Below are positions 61,891-64,000 of a stretch of 64,000 nt of DNA, piece by piece. Under the pieces are notes generated by a model. It saw nothing but the letters and a program-made list of their open reading frames with translations, was not told where the DNA came from and did not search any database. Positions within the stretch are counted from its first letter, which is position 1. Every line of letters starts with the position of its first letter. Origin of the DNA: Euglena gracilis. Its lineage: Eukaryota. The translations under genes and the position numbers were made by a program. The DNA lies in NCBI GenBank assembly GCA_039621445.1, contig CP154954.1:38711816-38775815 (forward strand). Direction: 5' to 3'.

Positions 61891-64000
61891 GGGTTGGTGT
61901 TGTGGGCTGACTCACAGGCAGGCCACTTTCCAGTGCAAGCACAGAATTCCTCTCCCCCTGGAAACTGTCTCCAGACAAATCAGCGAGTACAGGAGGTCAG
62001 GTCAGCAGGTACCAGGCTTTTTTTTTACCGACCGGGGGGGCACACCCCCGAGGGGGGGGGGGGGGGCAGCCCCGGGGTGCCCGTGGCCGGCTGAGTCCTT
62101 GCCAAAAGGGAAAAGAAAATAAAATGAAAATTTTTTTGAGGAAACGGGTCACTGGATACAAGGGCAGGAGAAGGTCCCCCTACCCCCCCCCCCTTGTCCA
62201 ACGACCACTGATGTTCGTCTCTGACGGGGGGGGGGGGGGGTCGCTAAAATGGCCAATGTTGGTCTCCGACCAGGGGGTGATGGTGGTCGTTAGACAAGCG
62301 GGGTGGACCCCAAGTCAGAGGAAAATTTACCATAGATGGGGGTATATGGCCTTTTTTGGGCTGTTTTTGGCCATTTATGCTATTTCTTGACTACGGTTGG
62401 CCACTTTTGGCCAGTTTTGGACATTTTTGGGACACTTTTGGGAATTTTTAGGCATTTTTGACCGCTTTTTGCCATGTTTGGTCGCTTTTGCCACTTTTGG
62501 CAACGGTTGGCCACACTTTGGCCCCCTTTGCCCATTTTTGCCAGAGACAAAACAAAAAAACTTTGCATGCGGTCCCTTCACTCCTGGGAGGTTTCCAACC
62601 AGGGTTTTTTTTTAAGACCAGGGGGGGTCCCCTCACCCACCCACCCCCTGGGGGAGGGAGAGGTCCCGGGTGACCCACTAAATTTCCCTCCAAAATGGCC
62701 AAAAAATCGCGAAAAATGTTAAAAATAGCACCTTTTCAAAATTTTTGATGTCTTCGGCGCCGAAAAATATACCCCACTCCCCGCTGGGGGGACCCCGGGT
62801 GGGGACTTGGCCGGACCCCCCCTCCTCGACAGGTGCCAAAAATAGCAGAAAATTTTCTTCCGGCGCACAGCGCCGGAAAAGAGCAATAACACCCCTTTTG
62901 CTGACTTTTTGTATGCCAGATGACATGGAAAAAGGGTGATTTTTCAAAATTTTGAGGCAACGAGGATTTTGCAAAAAAGTCCGGAAAAAATTGGCAGGAT
63001 TTCTGTACGCCCCCCCCAGTTTTTTTTTTGGAATTTCCTGTACGGCCAATTTTTTCCCAATCAATTTTTTCGGCTCCAATCACGGGGAGGGGGGGTGGGT
63101 CGGACCCCCCCCCCTACCTCGAAACTGAGGGGGGCCAAAGATTTTTCGATTTCATGGACGGGCAAAGGGCTGGAAATTGGGTCGAAATCGGTCAAAAATC
63201 CCTGATTTTTCTTTGAAAATCGATCCAAAAATGCTCAGTTTTGAATTTTTTTGAACCCTCCTCCCAACGTCTAAGGGGGGTCCGGGCCCCCCCCCCCCGA
63301 CCACCTCACCCCCCTAGGGAGGGACCCCCCCCACCACCTACCTCAATACCGAAGGGCTTCCCATCCATCCCTGGACCCCCCACCCTCCCCCCACACCCGG
63401 GGGTCCAAGACTAAAGAAACCCCCAGATTCCAACCTTAACAACCTCCCTCTCCCAAAACTGTACAGCCTTTGTATGAGCAAAAAAAGGCCTCGGTGGGAC
63501 CGGGGACGCTGACGGGGGGCGTCGGTGGTGGCAGTCGGAGGCGTTGTTGGAGCAGGGGCGCTGACCAACGGATGGTTGCCACGGGGTGGCGATGGCGGTG
63601 GTGGCAGCGGCGGTGGGGCGGAGGGCGAGGGCGTGGCAGCTCCCATCACCCGGGCTGGCCAGCAGGTGCGCCAGGGGCCAGCACCACTTGGTGCCCATGG
63701 CCCTGGTGGTGGGGGTGGGGGTGGTGGGGGTGGTCAGTGGGTGAGGGATGGGGGTCTCCCGTGCGGGGCTGGTTGGCTGTGATGCGATGCACCCCAACTC
63801 ATATCGGTTGGGCTCTCCTCCGGTCCAGCCCCCCCCCCCCCTAAACAACGCCGGGGTCAGGCTTCTTTTTAAGGCCCTGGGGGGTCCCCCAACCCAGCCT
63901 GGTGCAGGGGGGGGACCCCTCCCCCCAATAAAATCGGGCTGTTTGAGGCCATTTCCCTTCGCGCTGAAACCCATACCCAGGTTTCTGCTGACTTGAAAAG

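Noticed and set aside
60134-61978. Pro/Gly/Arg-rich ORFs
   Set aside because: Products of a 50-bp (non-triplet) tandem repeat

Overview
Repeat-saturated, almost certainly eukaryotic DNA with long G/C homopolymer runs. Frameshifts cluster at homopolymers, which suggests a noisy long-read assembly. No intact host gene, rRNA, tRNA or CRISPR array is recognisable, and nearly all ORF-track entries are spurious repeat translations. Main content: (1) A nest of three same-orientation DIRS1-type tyrosine-recombinase retrotransposons on the minus strand (about 6650-14604). One copy (9731-14507) is structurally complete, with gag, RT, RNase H, a DNA N6-adenine-methyltransferase-like domain, YR, ITRs and an internal complementary region. 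(2) Many short non-autonomous TIR elements: CAGG/CAAG-ended ones with 8-bp TSDs (hAT-like) and poly-C/poly-G-ended ones with TA TSDs. (3) A ~200-bp satellite array (about 35.7-45.9 kb) whose monomer is hit five times by three different MITE families within ~40 bp, and whose inversion junctions fall at one of those target sites. (4) A dispersed repeat carrying a decayed chromodomain-like plus endonuclease-VII-like coding remnant, bracketed by satellite monomers. (5) Two further arrays: a GCCATTTGCTTGCTT core-plus-linker array at 27.5-30.9 kb and a 50-bp higher-order array at 60.2-61.9 kb. The low-complexity blocks at 4.9-6.6 kb and 26.26-26.61 kb may be sequencing artefacts.
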